Shown one piece after another: positions 23,677 through 36,497 of a stretch of DNA of 64,000 bases. The notes below the pieces were generated by a model. It was not told the origin of the DNA. It saw only the letters and a list, made by a program, of their open reading frames with translations, and did no database searches. The translations under genes and the position numbers were made by a program. The stretch is from Oculina patagonica (taxonomy: Eukaryota): contig NC_135759.1 of assembly GCF_052425735.1 (NCBI RefSeq), positions 36,642,001 through 36,706,000 of the forward strand. Direction: 5' to 3'. How positions within the stretch are numbered: position 1 is the first letter of the stretch; each line of letters starts with the position of its first letter.

Positions 23677-26600
23677 CAAAACATTTTGATTAGCATATAA
23701 CCAACGAAGAGTAAATAGTGAAATCTCGTGCGGCATTTGATGACGTGAACCAATCATATACCGTCTTTTGGTCGAGAGCGTGCAGTAAAACAATTGGCGC
23801 CAGATTTGAATAAGTTATTCGGCTTCTTCGGGAGAGCGAACGGAGAACATGGAAAAATTTTGACCACTGCAACGCTGAAACCTTTCGCGTCTTAGCTGAC
23901 AGACCAAGCGATAAATAACTTTAAAGTTGTTGCTGTAACTACAGAACCACAAGGAACATTACTGGCCGGAAAACTTTGGTAAGTATGATGCGTAATTATT
24001 TTAGTTTCGATTTGGACCGAATTGTTTTATTCTCAGAGAGCTGATCTCAACTTCGAACCAAACATTTTCATTGCCACGTATGTTCTTTCAAAAATTTAGC
24101 CACAAGATAAGTCAGTTTCTTCATCTATTTAATTCAGAGGCTCTCAACCGCAGGACTTACTCAAAGACAAGCCAAAACGAAATGAAACGTGTAGTCCAAG
24201 AAGTTCGTGAAATATTAAATCATGGCGGACAATGCAGACGTCACGCTCTAAACGCCTATGTCAGGTACGTTTGCTTGTCCATGATTCCTTCGTTAGTTTA
24301 TTTTTAGTCCGTACGTCGGACATTTTGTCCAGCTTTCTTTTTATAAGAATAGTTGAAAAGCGTAAACTGATAAAAAAGGAAAGACGCAAGAGTTTATAAA
24401 TTGGAATGACCGATCTGAAACAAAAAGCTCCTTAAAGGGCCTTACCACATATTTTTCTTAATTCTTTTTTTTTTCTCTTTAAGAGAAATGTGTTTCAGTC
24501 GTTTTTTATATCTGTATAGGTAAAATAATCCAACAAAATGGTGTGATTTCGGGCAACATTTCCATATACAAATGTTATATTTAATTTTGGATGTCTCGAT
24601 CTTCATGATTTCGGATCGTGTAGAAGGGATTATGAGAAATAAACAACAGGCATAATTAGGTATAAGGTAACTTATAAATCCAAAAATATTTCATTTAGGA
24701 GTATAAATTGACTGAGTTTTTTTTTGCCTTTGCCTTTTTCAGTTTGGTTCCTCCCGTACTCGTCAAGCCGTCAGTCCATTGTCCTGAGTTAGCAGTCCAT
24801 GCCAGTGCAACCCATCCAGACTTCAACGTATCACCATCATATCTCCGCGTCGTCTTGGCAACAAAAGGAACAAGTTTTTCCTGGTAGTGGTTAGTGCGGT
24901 TCTTTGTGGGTAGGGAAGGGTGGGTAAATAGAGCTCTGGATGAACCTTACATTCGGCTTACGTTCGGCTTTCGTTCGGCCTATATTCGGCTTATACGACT
25001 GTTTCGGCTTTTTCGTGATTTAGACAGTTTAGTTAGTGTTGAGTGGGTTGGGTTTGGGCCTTCCCTTCTGGGTTTTATAATTTGGCCTTCGAATATTTCA
25101 TTCGGTCAATCATTCGGCACCAATTCTTCCGGTTTCGGCTTTTCTTCGGCACACTTCGGCTTTATTTCGATTCTTCGGCTTGATTTCGGCTGCTGCGCAA
25201 TCTCCCGCTTAGTGTTTTGTGAGAAAGTTTTTTCTTATCTAAGTTCCTTTCGATAACAGCATTATCTCTGTTATTGACTGGAACTTTATCCCTTTTAATG
25301 ACAGCAATGTCGCTGTTATTAACAGGGTCGTTTTCAGTTCAAGATTCATCCAGTTAATATAAAAACTAATTTATCATTTATCGATTAATAAATGTATTTA
25401 ATGATAAAACTTAGGAAACTAGAGAATGACCGCATAACACAGGAACGAAGAAGGTTTTGTTTTCTCCTGTTACGTTAAGTTGTCAGTTTTCTAGTTACAG
25501 GCAGCTAATTAGTGTAGTGCTTGCACTTGCGAGTGCAGCTCAGCGCCAAGGCTTTAAGTAGTTAGCTGGGAATCTGGGACAAAACACACATCCTAGTTAA
25601 TATCGCTTACAAATTTTCAGTCTAGGCAGTCTCCAAAAATTATTTACTGGAAGATTTAACAACAAGATGCATTCTATGAGAAGATCTCCATCTTTATTTA
25701 GACAGTGAAGAGACAGACAGCACAGCCCAGGAGATACTTATAGTTACTTGAGAGGTTTTTCTCGCTTACAGGCGGTGTTAGCAACCGGACATACACTTGT
25801 CTCTTTGTTAGCGTTGCCTCGTGGGACAAATCTCATCAAGGAATCCGCTTGCATTGCACCTCGCAGGCGCAGGAAACTTAGACCGTCTACAAATTGTAGA
25901 CGTTGGAAGACTTCACTTCCGGCCGAGCAACTGGAGCGTCACTTGGAAACTGGATCGACACTAGCTAACTCGATAAACAGTTGTGAAGACCTCTTAAGCT
26001 ATATGATAGTACTAAGGGCTGGAGAAAGGAGAGCCACAATCGACCTCACATAGTAGCAAGACAGTAATAGAATAAATTAGTTAGGTAGACGCAGCATCGA
26101 CGAGCCAAGACAGCCAGGACAAATGAAACAAGGAGAAAACATTGGACACATGCCGCAATAGCGAGAACACACGAAGAAAACAACACCCCTTCTCATCGCA
26201 TCTGAATTGATAGGCAATAAAGTATACATATATAGACAGTATAAAAATAATTATAAAACTAGTATGAACCACACTGGTAAATATTGGATTGATTCCGGAC
26301 ACTTTTCCACAAAGTCTAGCTAAAACAAAAAGCGTGTTTGAAAATTGTAAGTTGATAAGCACGATTTCGTACAAAAACGTCAATATCACATTTGTCCTTT
26401 ATTCACTGACGTGGTACATGCTTCAGCAATTATCCATTCTGAGGTCGGTGAATAATTGTTAACTTATGAATTGCATTTTGAAGGTAATATAAAATCATAT
26501 TTATTAAATTGTAACATGAGAATTGCTTTTGTGTTTTTGTTGTTTTTGCCGCACGCGTGACACGCGTGGAAAGCACGCGCGAATGAATGCTGTAAGACTT

Positions 26601-27190
26601 TGGAATGCAACACGCGCTCTTGACTACATTGTTTGTTTCCTTTGTGTTTAAAGTCTCAATTGTCTATTGCTTGAAAAAATCACCAAGTTTACTCTAGAAG
26701 TTAGAAACCAAGGCGAAACAAACATTGTTCACTTTAGTGCGGGATGCATTCCAGTGTTCTACAGCATAGCCTCGCTTCGGCTCCGGCTCGGCTCCGGCTC
26801 GGTTCGGTTTCCTTCGGAACGCTTCGACGTTATTCGGCTTTCGGCCTTAACCAGAAATCTATTACAAGGGCCTAGTATCGCGTTTTTCTCGATAGCAGGC
26901 CAATGAGAAACCCAAATAAATGTCCGAGCAACCCTGCGTGTTCCACGAGCAGTGTCTCGGTTTATAGACACAGGAACTTTCTTGGTTTCTCTGGGCACTT
27001 TTTTTCAATTAGGAGCGCACCCCCTCATGGATTAATTTAGGTCCTGTGGCATAATTTAATCTAATGTACTTAGAAGTGTTGTAATAATAGTCTTTCAAAA
27101 ATGTTAGCATAGCATAGCCTTACGTTTATGACAAGTATATAAGGCATTTAAAATCAACTGTTTTGTGTTAACAAAAAAACATTTTCCATC

Positions 27191-27840
27191 GGAGCTCATT
27201 TTCGGGAGCAAAAAACGACCGCGACATAAAGCAAGACTGATTTGAGAATAAAAATCACTTTTCAGTTAACAGTGTGTTTTTGTCGTTTCTTTGTGAGTTT
27301 CTTTTGACTGGATTAAGAACTAACTCTAACGCATTTATTTTCAGCGACTGATTTGAGCTCACTTTCGGGGGGGGGGGGGGGGGGGGACCGGGACCTAAAA
27401 CAAGATTTGAGAATAAAGACTACTTTTCAGTTAACAGTGTGTTTTGTCGTTACTTTGTGAGTTTCTTTTGTCTGGATTAAAAACTGACTCTAACGCATTA
27501 ATTTTCAGGGAATGATTTGAGCTCACTTTCGGGAGCAAAAAAACCCCGCGGCATAAATCATGACTGACTTGAGAATAAAATTTACTTTTCAGTTCAGAAC
27601 AATGTGTTTTGTCGTTACTTTGTGAGTTTCTTTTGTCTGGATTAAGAACTAACTCTAACGCATTTATTTTCAGCGACTCAATTGAGCTCACTTTTGGGGG
27701 GGAGGGGGGGGGGGGACCGGGACCGAAAACAAGATTTGAGAATAAAGACTACTTTTCAGTTAACAGTGTGTTTTGTCGTTACTTTGTGAGTTTCTTTTGT
27801 CTGGATTATGAACTAACTCTAACGCATTTATTTTCAGGGA
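27191..27840 (+). repeat. 164-bp tandem repeat with ABAB higher-order structure
   Basis: Four units starting GAGCTCA(C/T)TTT at about 27192, 27355, 27519 and 27684. B units contain a poly-G run. Confidence 0.9.
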
Positions 27841-28169
27841 TGCGCGCTTACCACACTAACCGCACTAACCGGTTCATGGAAAATTTATCCGCCTTTATAT
27901 GAGGGTGGGAAGGGATTATTTTAAGGTAACTTGTCCACTTTCGGGGACGTCTTCGTTACTGTAAATCGTATCCACTGAACGCTTTCCGATATTAAAAACG
28001 TTACATTGTAGGCTTACAATACTTTTTAAAAATACGTCCAAAAACGAGCTAAGTAACAATAAAATGTGAAGCACTAAATCGTCCATTTTGAGGGATGTAG
28101 TGGTTTTTAATTCCGTCAATCAGTTTTATAAGTTAATTGTACGAACTAAATATTTGTATGTAATTCCAG

Positions 28170-28392
28170 AAGCGCCCAGCTTGAAATAAAAATAACTTTT
28201 GCACAAAAGGCTTGTTTGGTCTTATTTTGTGTTGTTTTGTTCTGAATACTGTAAATAACTAGTAAATAACTGTACTGTAAATAACTGTATGTTATTCCTT
28301 AAGCGCCCAGCTTGAAAATTAAAATAACTCTTGCACAAAAAGCTTGTTTGGTCGTATTCTAGATCTGTGTTGTTTTGTTCTGAATACTGTAA
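28170..28392. repeat. Direct duplication of about 90 bp
   Basis: AAGCGCCCAGCTTGAAA...GTTCTGAATACTGTAA at 28170 and 28301. Confidence 0.85.
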
Positions 28393-29364
28393 CTAATAGA
28401 GTTCTAACGCCGCTTTTTACCTTCAGGGATTTGCTCGCAGCCTTGTCACATTTTCATTTTATTTCCTCTCTCTCTGTCTGGTTGCTTCGCCAGGCGTTCA
28501 TTTTCGGGAACGTGCAGTGTCCGAAGAAGATTTACCAATGTTCAGATCGTGATATTTCAACAAGAATTTTTTTAAGGACCTCAGCTAGCAACATATGGTC
28601 GTCCATTTTTGGAGATTACTTGATCGAGCTTCGTTTCGTCAACTTCGCGTCATCACATGCCGGGTTCTAAGTACGCCAGTTTTCGTCGGCGTAAAACGTG
28701 TTTCATTTGCGACTACGACGAATTCTAATAACCTTTAGGAAAAGGTCTTCGTTTGGCGTTTCTTTTAGTAAAGACGCATCTAAGAAACAACGTTTACAGT
28801 CAACAAGATAAATCGTGGAGATTTAGTTTACTTCAGTTCCGTCTTTCAGCTTATTGTTAGCACTGAATATCTGTACTGTGTGAAATAAACTAATAAAAAA
28901 GCTGGTTACTTTAATTTTGTGCCATTTTGTTCTATCAAAATACTGTAAATAACTAATTCTATACTAATGCTTTTTATTTTCAGTATTTGCACACGATTGA
29001 TTCACAATCTCTTTTTACTTGTTCTCTGTTCGACTGGTTCCTTCTCATCAAAATTGCTCTTTGGATTGGATTAAGCAACGCCCGTTTTCGTCGAAGTAAA
29101 GCGCAGTACCGTACAAAATATGTCCATTTTCGGGGACAAACGAATTTTCACATCCTAGGTTTTCGTTTGGCGTTGCTTCAAAGAAACAACGAAAAGACGA
29201 TGTTTACCGTCAGTTAGCACCAGAAGCTTTCTTCATGCCAAATTGGATCTGAACGAAATCATAGCATTAAAAACTGAGGTACGTTACCGTGGTTACTAGC
29301 TAGACATCGTTATGTTTATACCAGGTTAACTTACATTTATTCTTTTTTTCGGTTCTCATTATAG

Positions 29365-30710
29365 GTAGATAAACCACGTGCGACCATCTGTAACTGACTG
29401 TTCAGCACTCCACACACCCTTTCTTTTCGTACGTAAAGAGAAGACTTGGTAAGTCGTGCTCTGTTGATTCAACCTTCTAGCATGCTTCAATGTTTTTCAC
29501 TTCAAATCATTTAAGAGTTATATCTTTGAAGAGTTTTTTTTTCAGATCTGCATGTTTACTTATACTATGCAACAGCTTTGCTTGGAGGCAAGCAAAAGTG
29601 AGCGACTTTATTGTTATTAACTCATATCGAAGTCAAGTCTTTACAGGTTTCTTTGGTGTTGCCTCGATAAAACCGGCACAAAAAAAAAAAAAAAAACAGC
29701 GGTTAGGCCATTGACAGCTGTCAAGAATGGAGTCTTCCCCAGTGACGCTTGATTGTGAGTATAATGTGGGAAATATTTTCCGGCTACTGTATAGTTTGAA
29801 TCTAGTTTCTAAAACTCTACTGAGCAAGCCATAAATGTAAAGAAACACGTGAACTATAGGATACTTCTTTCTTGATAAACTACCAAATTCTCCGCAAAGT
29901 AAATCGATTAAACAAAATACAAAGATTAGCCTGCGAATACAGCCGCGCAGGCTATACGAGGATCAAATCGAGTTCAACGGACACTGAAGCAGAGAGTTAA
30001 AATGATTAAAACAAGCGAGGATTTGGATTTGGGAAAATTGTCTTGGTGTACCTCAAAATTCTCACATCAAAACATGGAATGTATGAGATTGACCTAAGGA
30101 GAATTGATTTTGGTATTTAACCTTTTTGCATTTTGTTTCAGTCGATCTATCTAAGTATCTGCGATATTGTAGTGACATCAGGGCGGATCTTGGGGGAGGG
30201 TACACAGGGTTCACACCCCTCCCCCCAGAAATGATCTGCGGCTTTTTAATACAACAGGTATTCTAAAAATAAACTAGTCAGTTACGCCATTCCTAAGTGA
30301 TGCACCCCCTCTTAAGAAAAGTCCTGGATCCGCCACTGATGGACTTTCTTGGAAGGTCTTTTTGTTATGTCTACTAGTGCCTCCATTAAGTTTTTAACAA
30401 ACTCAGGTTGCCGCCAGATTACTGAGTCTGGTAAAACAGCTGTTTATCAATGTATGCTTCCAGTGTTGTGATTTGAGTGACGACCATCATAAAAGCCAAG
30501 CAGTCTTGGGCTGACGTTGTTTTCATCTATAGCCGGCCCCAACAGATCTGGACCGAGAGAGTTGGTTGGGGAGCCTTCTGTCTGCATCAGACATGCAACC
30601 CACATGCTTGCATGTGCATTTCACCCTGTACGCGGCAGAAAATGGTCACTCAGTGATGGTTTTCTACCATGTGCTGGGTGTTTTGTTCAAAGACATAAGC
30701 CAGACTGATA
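29365..30710 (+). pseudogene. Decayed spliced F-box / cysteine-containing LRR (FBXL-like) gene
   Basis: Exon 29365-29448 (TAG|...|GTAAGT) reads ATICN/TDCSALH/TLSFRT*REDL. The next exon, from 29546, reads IC/LLILCNSFAWR, F-box-like. Near 30385 the frame reads IKFLTNSGCRQITESG, LRR-CC-like. Many frameshifts and stops, plus a MITE insertion. Confidence 0.4.
30179..30338. mobile_element. hAT-like MITE
   Basis: CAGGGCGGATC ... GATCCGCCACTG termini. No clear TSD. Confidence 0.65.
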
Positions 30711-32229
30711 GACTAGAGAGATCCTAAAAGGAATACCGATACAGGTTATATTATGGACTGAAGAGCCCTAACCTGTAAGGGGAGGCTCTGTGGGTCTTAT
30801 GGGAGGTCCCTGTAGCTATTCGAAAGGGTAGCAGAACGCTCCTTAATATCAGTATAACCTAATGAATATTTCCAAGAAAACTTTCCATCGAAACTGATGC
30901 TTCTATGTACATCGTCAACATAAACATATCTATGAAGAGAAATTTCAGTCGATGATATTGAAAGGAATATGTTTCTAAAAACTCACCTTCACTAAAACAG
31001 ACTCAGCCGCCTTTCCTCATTTTACGCTTAAGGTCTAGTGATGTTTCTTTTCTTTTTTTTCTATTAGCGCGCCTTTATACTGGTTAAGTGTCCTTTCCTT
31101 GCTATATTCTATATATGTCGTATGTCTTGGCTAGATATGTCCCAGTTGGGAAATGCAATTTATATTTTTCAGCTTTGTAGGTAATCAGCATCATTCCAAC
31201 TACAACCTTAGTCAGTTTACGGGCGTCTCAACCTGGATTAGCCAATCGCTGTTTGGAAAATCAGATAAGTACCTGGTCATGAATAATCGTAAAACACTCG
31301 CCAATGCACACATCTACCAGCGTTACATCCACACCGGGGTCTGAGGATCATCTCCGCCGCCACCAGACAGGCCTGCCGCTTCTTCTGTCGCTTCAGCGAC
31401 CTTCATCCTGCAGTCTCTGGGCTCCGTAGATCTATCATCCTTTGCTGCCACAGCAACGTGCATCCTACAGACTCCGGGCTCTAGAGATAATTCAATCCCC
31501 CCCGCCACAGGACAGTCATTCCGATTCTTCCTGCTGCTTCAGCAACTCACATCCTGCTGACTTCGGGCCATGAGCTCCAGCAGATATACTTAGTTCATAC
31601 TTTCGGACTCTAAGGATCATCTTGTACGCTCCAGACAGGTGTGCCGATTGTTCCTGCTCCTTCAAGTTGCAAAGAATTCATCTCGGAAACAAAGCCGTGA
31701 TGTCAAGACACGTAAGTTTGTAGTTTAGTGTATTTCATGCCTCATTTGGCTTGTTAGAAATGTTAGCATGGTCTCTGTTAAAACATGGACCTAGCTATTT
31801 CGTCTTTACTTTCAGCAATAGAGAGGTGTGCCAAGTCAACAGAATGTGTGGCTGCATACAGTTACTCTACCTACCTCCATTTCCTCCATAAATCCTGTTT
31901 TATTTCCTTTCTTTCCTCCCCTGAGTGAACCTCAATACGTGGTTTATAATTATGCACTATGTCCTAGTTGCATATTTAACAGATGTCCTGACTAATTGTA
32001 TCGTCGGGCAGTGCACTTTATATTTTTCAGCTTCGTGCCAGTAATCACCAGTACCACTAATAGCAGTACCAGTCACCAGCATCATTTCAGCTACTGATCC
32101 AGTCCACTCTGCATGTATCTCAAACTGGGCCGCTGTTTGGACAATAAGCTGGAATTCTGTCAAGTATAATCTTAAAAAAATGCATCTATGTAGATTCAAC
32201 CAGACCACCATAATAACAATGCGTTATCA

Positions 32230-33370
32230 CATCAGACAAATCCAGAGGATTATCTTTCCTGCCAAGTTGCCACAGGACAGACTTGCAGATTCTTTCTGCT
32301 GCTTAAGCCCCGTACATCCTCCAGTCTACTGGCTCTGAGGATCACTTCACTGCCACCAGACAGACAGGTCTATTGATCAAGTCTTGTTGCTTTAGATTCC
32401 TTCTGCTGCTTAAGCATCGCACATCCTCCAGACTACTGCGGGCTCTGAGGATCACTTCACTGCCACTAGACATGCCTATTGATTAGTCTTGCTGCTACAG
32501 ATTTCTTCTACTGATTAAGCATCCTCCAGACTACGGGCTCTGAGGATCCCTTCACTGCCACTAGACAGGTCTGTTGATTAGTCTTACTGCTACAGATTTC
32601 TTCTGCTGCTTAAGCATCGCACATCCTCCAGACTACTACGGGCTCTCAGGATCACTTCACTGCCACTAGACATGCCTATTGATTAGTCTTGCTGCTACAG
32701 ATTTCTTCTACTGATTAAGCATCCTCCAGACTACGGGCTCTGAGGATCCCTTCACTGCCACTAGACAGGTCTATTGATTAGTCTTGCTGCTTCAGATGTC
32801 TTCTGCTGTATGGTACATCCTCCAGACTACGGGCTCTGAGGATCACTTCACTGCCACTAGACAGGTCTATTGATTAGTCTTGCTGCTACAGATTTCTTCT
32901 GCTGTATGGTACATCCTTCAGACTTCGGGCTCTGAGGATCACTTCACTGCCACTAGACAGGTCTATTGATTAGTCTTGCTGCTTTAGATGTCTTCTGCTG
33001 TATGGTACATCCTCCAGACTACGGGCTCTGAGGATCACTTCACCGCCCGGCAGACAGGCCTATTCATTAGTCTTGGTGCTTTAGATTTCTTCTGCTACTT
33101 AAGCGTCGTACATCCTTCAGACTTCGGGTTCTGAGGGTCACTTCACTGCCACCTGGCAGGTCTATTGCTTAGTCTTGCTGCTTCAGGTTTCTTCTGCTGT
33201 ATGGTACATCCTTCAGACTACGGGCTCTGAGGATCATTTCGCTGCCACCAGGCAGGTCTATTGAATTGATTAGTCTTGTTGCTTCAGATTTCGTCTGCTG
33301 CATCGTACATTCTCCATGGTACGGGCTCTGAGGATCATTTCACCGCCTCCAAGTCTTGCTGCTTCAGCTG
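32230..33370. repeat. Minisatellite of about 96 bp, about 11 copies
   Basis: GGGCTCTGAGGATCACTTCACTGCCACTAGACAGG... starts at 32831, 32927 and 33023 (period 96), with variant units on both sides. Confidence 0.95.
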
Positions 33371-35084
33371 CCAGGACCTTCATCTCGGAAACAAGGCTTT
33401 ATGGTTAAAAAATGTGAGTTTGTAATGTGTGTTTTTATTTACTATATAGTTTTTTCTCTCGAAACCACATGCTCACACCATAATAAATAATTAATGGCGA
33501 CACGGAGATTGGAGGCATGAAGATGTTGACTGTTCAAATCCACTATCTTTGATTCGCCATATTGGATTTCACCTTTTCTAGGAAGTCACACAAAATGTTA
33601 TAAAATTAATTCAAAATACATAAAAAATGTAAAAATATACTAATTCTGCAATTTTGCTTAAAAACAAACAATTGTCTTTCGAGCCGAGGGTTGAAAATGT
33701 TACCAGAATCTCTCTGAAAATACTGATCCCTTGTATCTTTTATTTTCAGCTATAGAGCGCTGTACCAAGTCAACATAGTTCGTCTGCATTCAGTCACGCT
33801 ACCTGCAGCGCAAGAGTCTTGGGCGTGACCACTTTGTTAGCAGGCGGGCAGCCCGATGGTCCTAAGCAGTCTCCTTGTTCCCAATAAGCTTACAACATAC
33901 ATCCCGGAGCCATCCAGCGGCCCTCTAAGAGCTGCCACTGAAAAGCAGATCTGCCACCGACCTGTGGACCCTACACCTACGTTCTTTTGACAAATGCAGT
34001 TCCCTTGGGCTTCACAAGTTACTTTACATTTGCACAGAACTACGACGTAGGAGAGAGCAGTTATCTCTTGGACCATTGAAGCCTACCCTTAGACAAGATA
34101 AACTTCAGAGGAAAATCCAACGGAAACTGAACTTATACATCTTGAACGTCAGGTAGACTGTCGGGGTTGCTTGATCATGCGGTTATTAACAGTTACCTTT
34201 TTGTTAGTGAACAGTGCATGCGCATTGATCGTTTTAGAAAGGGTTTTTTCGATGATATTATGGCGGCCATGTTGGTGTTACCTAACATGATATTTTGTAG
34301 TCGTCTTTGGAAAATGAGTACTGACTCGAGAGTCAAGTGGTAAAATTTTCTCTATTTTGGTGACACCAGTATGGCCGCAGGATTAACGTTCTATTGGCTC
34401 AATTGATGAATATTTGTTGTATAACGAGGGATAGCGAATGGTCAATACACATACTTAGAGTTTGGTACTTCATCAAGAAAAAATCGTCTATTTGAGAAAA
34501 TATGTTTACATTTATATGTAATAGGGAGAAATGATCTCTTAATCATTCTAGTTAAGTTTCAGGACAGGGACTATTCTGGCCAGGACCATTCGCTGCCCGT
34601 ACAGTTTGTGTCAGTTAACGTTTGGAGAAAGCAATATCGAGAGTGGTTTTAGTTAGCCCGTTTAATAGATCCTTGAGTAGTAGAGTTAATGGCGCGATAA
34701 GGACAGATGATGATGATGAGTAGTAATAGTATAGTTTTCGTTATTTCCGCATTCTTTTTGGGTCAAATTGGATCAAATATTGGACACTTAATTAGATGAG
34801 ATCATTAGAGTTTTTTACGTGTTAGGATAATCCACTCTCAAAAAGTTGTGTCTGATATACGATTTTAGCTGGGTTGTAAGATATTCGGTAACTGAAAAGA
34901 AATCAAATAACATCTATTTCAAAATTATATAAAATCATGTTCCTAAAAAAAGATCCAATTCAAAAAAGGCAGTAGGACTTGCAAAAATTATTTGAAACCA
35001 TGCATTCTAAAACTTTGGATTCATGATTTAAAACAATTTTCCCCTTAGACTATGGTATTTCATTGTATATTACTGTCAGCCAGT

Positions 35085-35525
35085 TTATTATATCGTATAA
35101 TTTATTTTATTATATAATTATTATATCATATTTCGTTGATCATACAATTGATTCTAAAATATAACGAATTTTATATTATAGTTCGTTATATCATACAATT
35201 TCTTTATATATGATATGATGAATTATATGATATTTATCGATACATCATACAATAAGCGTATGATACATCAAATGATATCATATGATTAATTATATTTGTC
35301 ACTTACTCAATTGTATGAATCGAACGAATCATATGATATAATGAATTATATAATATAATGAATTATGTGATATAAAAAATCATATATAATGAATTATATG
35401 ATATCGTCAATTATATCGTGTAATGAATTATATGGTGTAATGACTTATATGATATAATTAATTATATATGATTAACGAGTTATATTATATAATGAAATGT
35501 TATATAATTATATAATATAATTAAT
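35085..35525. repeat. AT-rich degenerate low-complexity repeat (ATATGAT/AATTAT)
   Basis: Near-exclusive A/T with recurring TATGATAT and GAATTATA motifs. Confidence 0.75.
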
Positions 35526-35805
35526 TGCAAGAAAGAAAATACACGAAATGCATTTTTTGAAATAATGCATTTCTTATTCCAACTGATCGATAATGACATT
35601 GCATAGTTTGGGTGAACATTGTTTTAATCACGAATCTAAATTTGGAATACATGGTTTCAAATAGTTTTGCAAGTCCTACTGCACTTTTTTAAATAAAATG
35701 TTTTTTTGAGGAACATGGTTGAACATAATTTTGAAGTTGAAGGTTTAGTATTTTGGAATTTGTAGATGATGTGGCGCTCCAAATGGAAATTCAAGATTAA
35801 AAAGG

Positions 35806-35997
35806 CATGTACTAAAACCAGGAACACCGGGTCACCGGAATACCCTTCCAAAAGCTCACCCTAACCGCCATAAACACTAACCCATAAACTTCTATAAACT
35901 GCTAACCAATAACCACCAACAACTTACTTAAAACCCTAATTCTAACTGTAAACTTAACTTGTTTCTGGGTGTTTCGGTGTTCTGGGTTTTGTACAAG
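35806..35997. mobile_element. MITE with CCCTAA-like internal repeats
   Basis: TGTACTAAAACCAGGAACACCG ... CGGTGTTCTGGGTTTTGTACA imperfect TIR. Confidence 0.6.
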
Positions 35998-36196
35998 CTG
36001 ATAAACAAAGTCAGTAGACCCGACGTAATATCAACGGTGACATGAAGACATGGTATCGAAAAACAGCCAAATAATGTGAAGAAAAAAAGAAAACAGGAGT
36101 TTAACATCTGACTCGTGATAACGATAAAGATATGATTAAATAAAGAAATTTATCTGGTACCAGTGATCTCGCAAGTGTTATATTTCTGGGGGATAT

Positions 36197-36199
<3 letters not shown>

Positions 36200-36232
<33 letters not shown>

Positions 36233-36497
36233 TGAGGGAATAGTCAACGAGGCGCAGCCGAGTTGCCTATCGCTCATAGAAAACGAGGGCGAGTGGTCTA
36301 ATTGTTCTAGTAGAAACTCTTAAACGACTGCAGTCCAAAAACCTACAATTTTACGTACTTATAGGCCAACAATGAAGAAAAATTAATCTTTAAATGAGCA
36401 ACGAGCGCGCGATCGTTTTCTATCAGCGAATAGAAAACAGTGGGAGAACCAATCAGATTCGCGGATTTTCAATAGAATACGGCTGAGGTTCTACTAA
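36200..36497. mobile_element. Hairpin-ended non-autonomous element with asymmetric inverted repeat
   Basis: Hairpin of about 105 bp, AACAATTAGAC...GAGGCGCAGCCGAG...GTCTAATTGTT, followed by TAGTAGAA. Its complement TTCTACTA ends the element after CCAATCAGATT. Confidence 0.65.
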
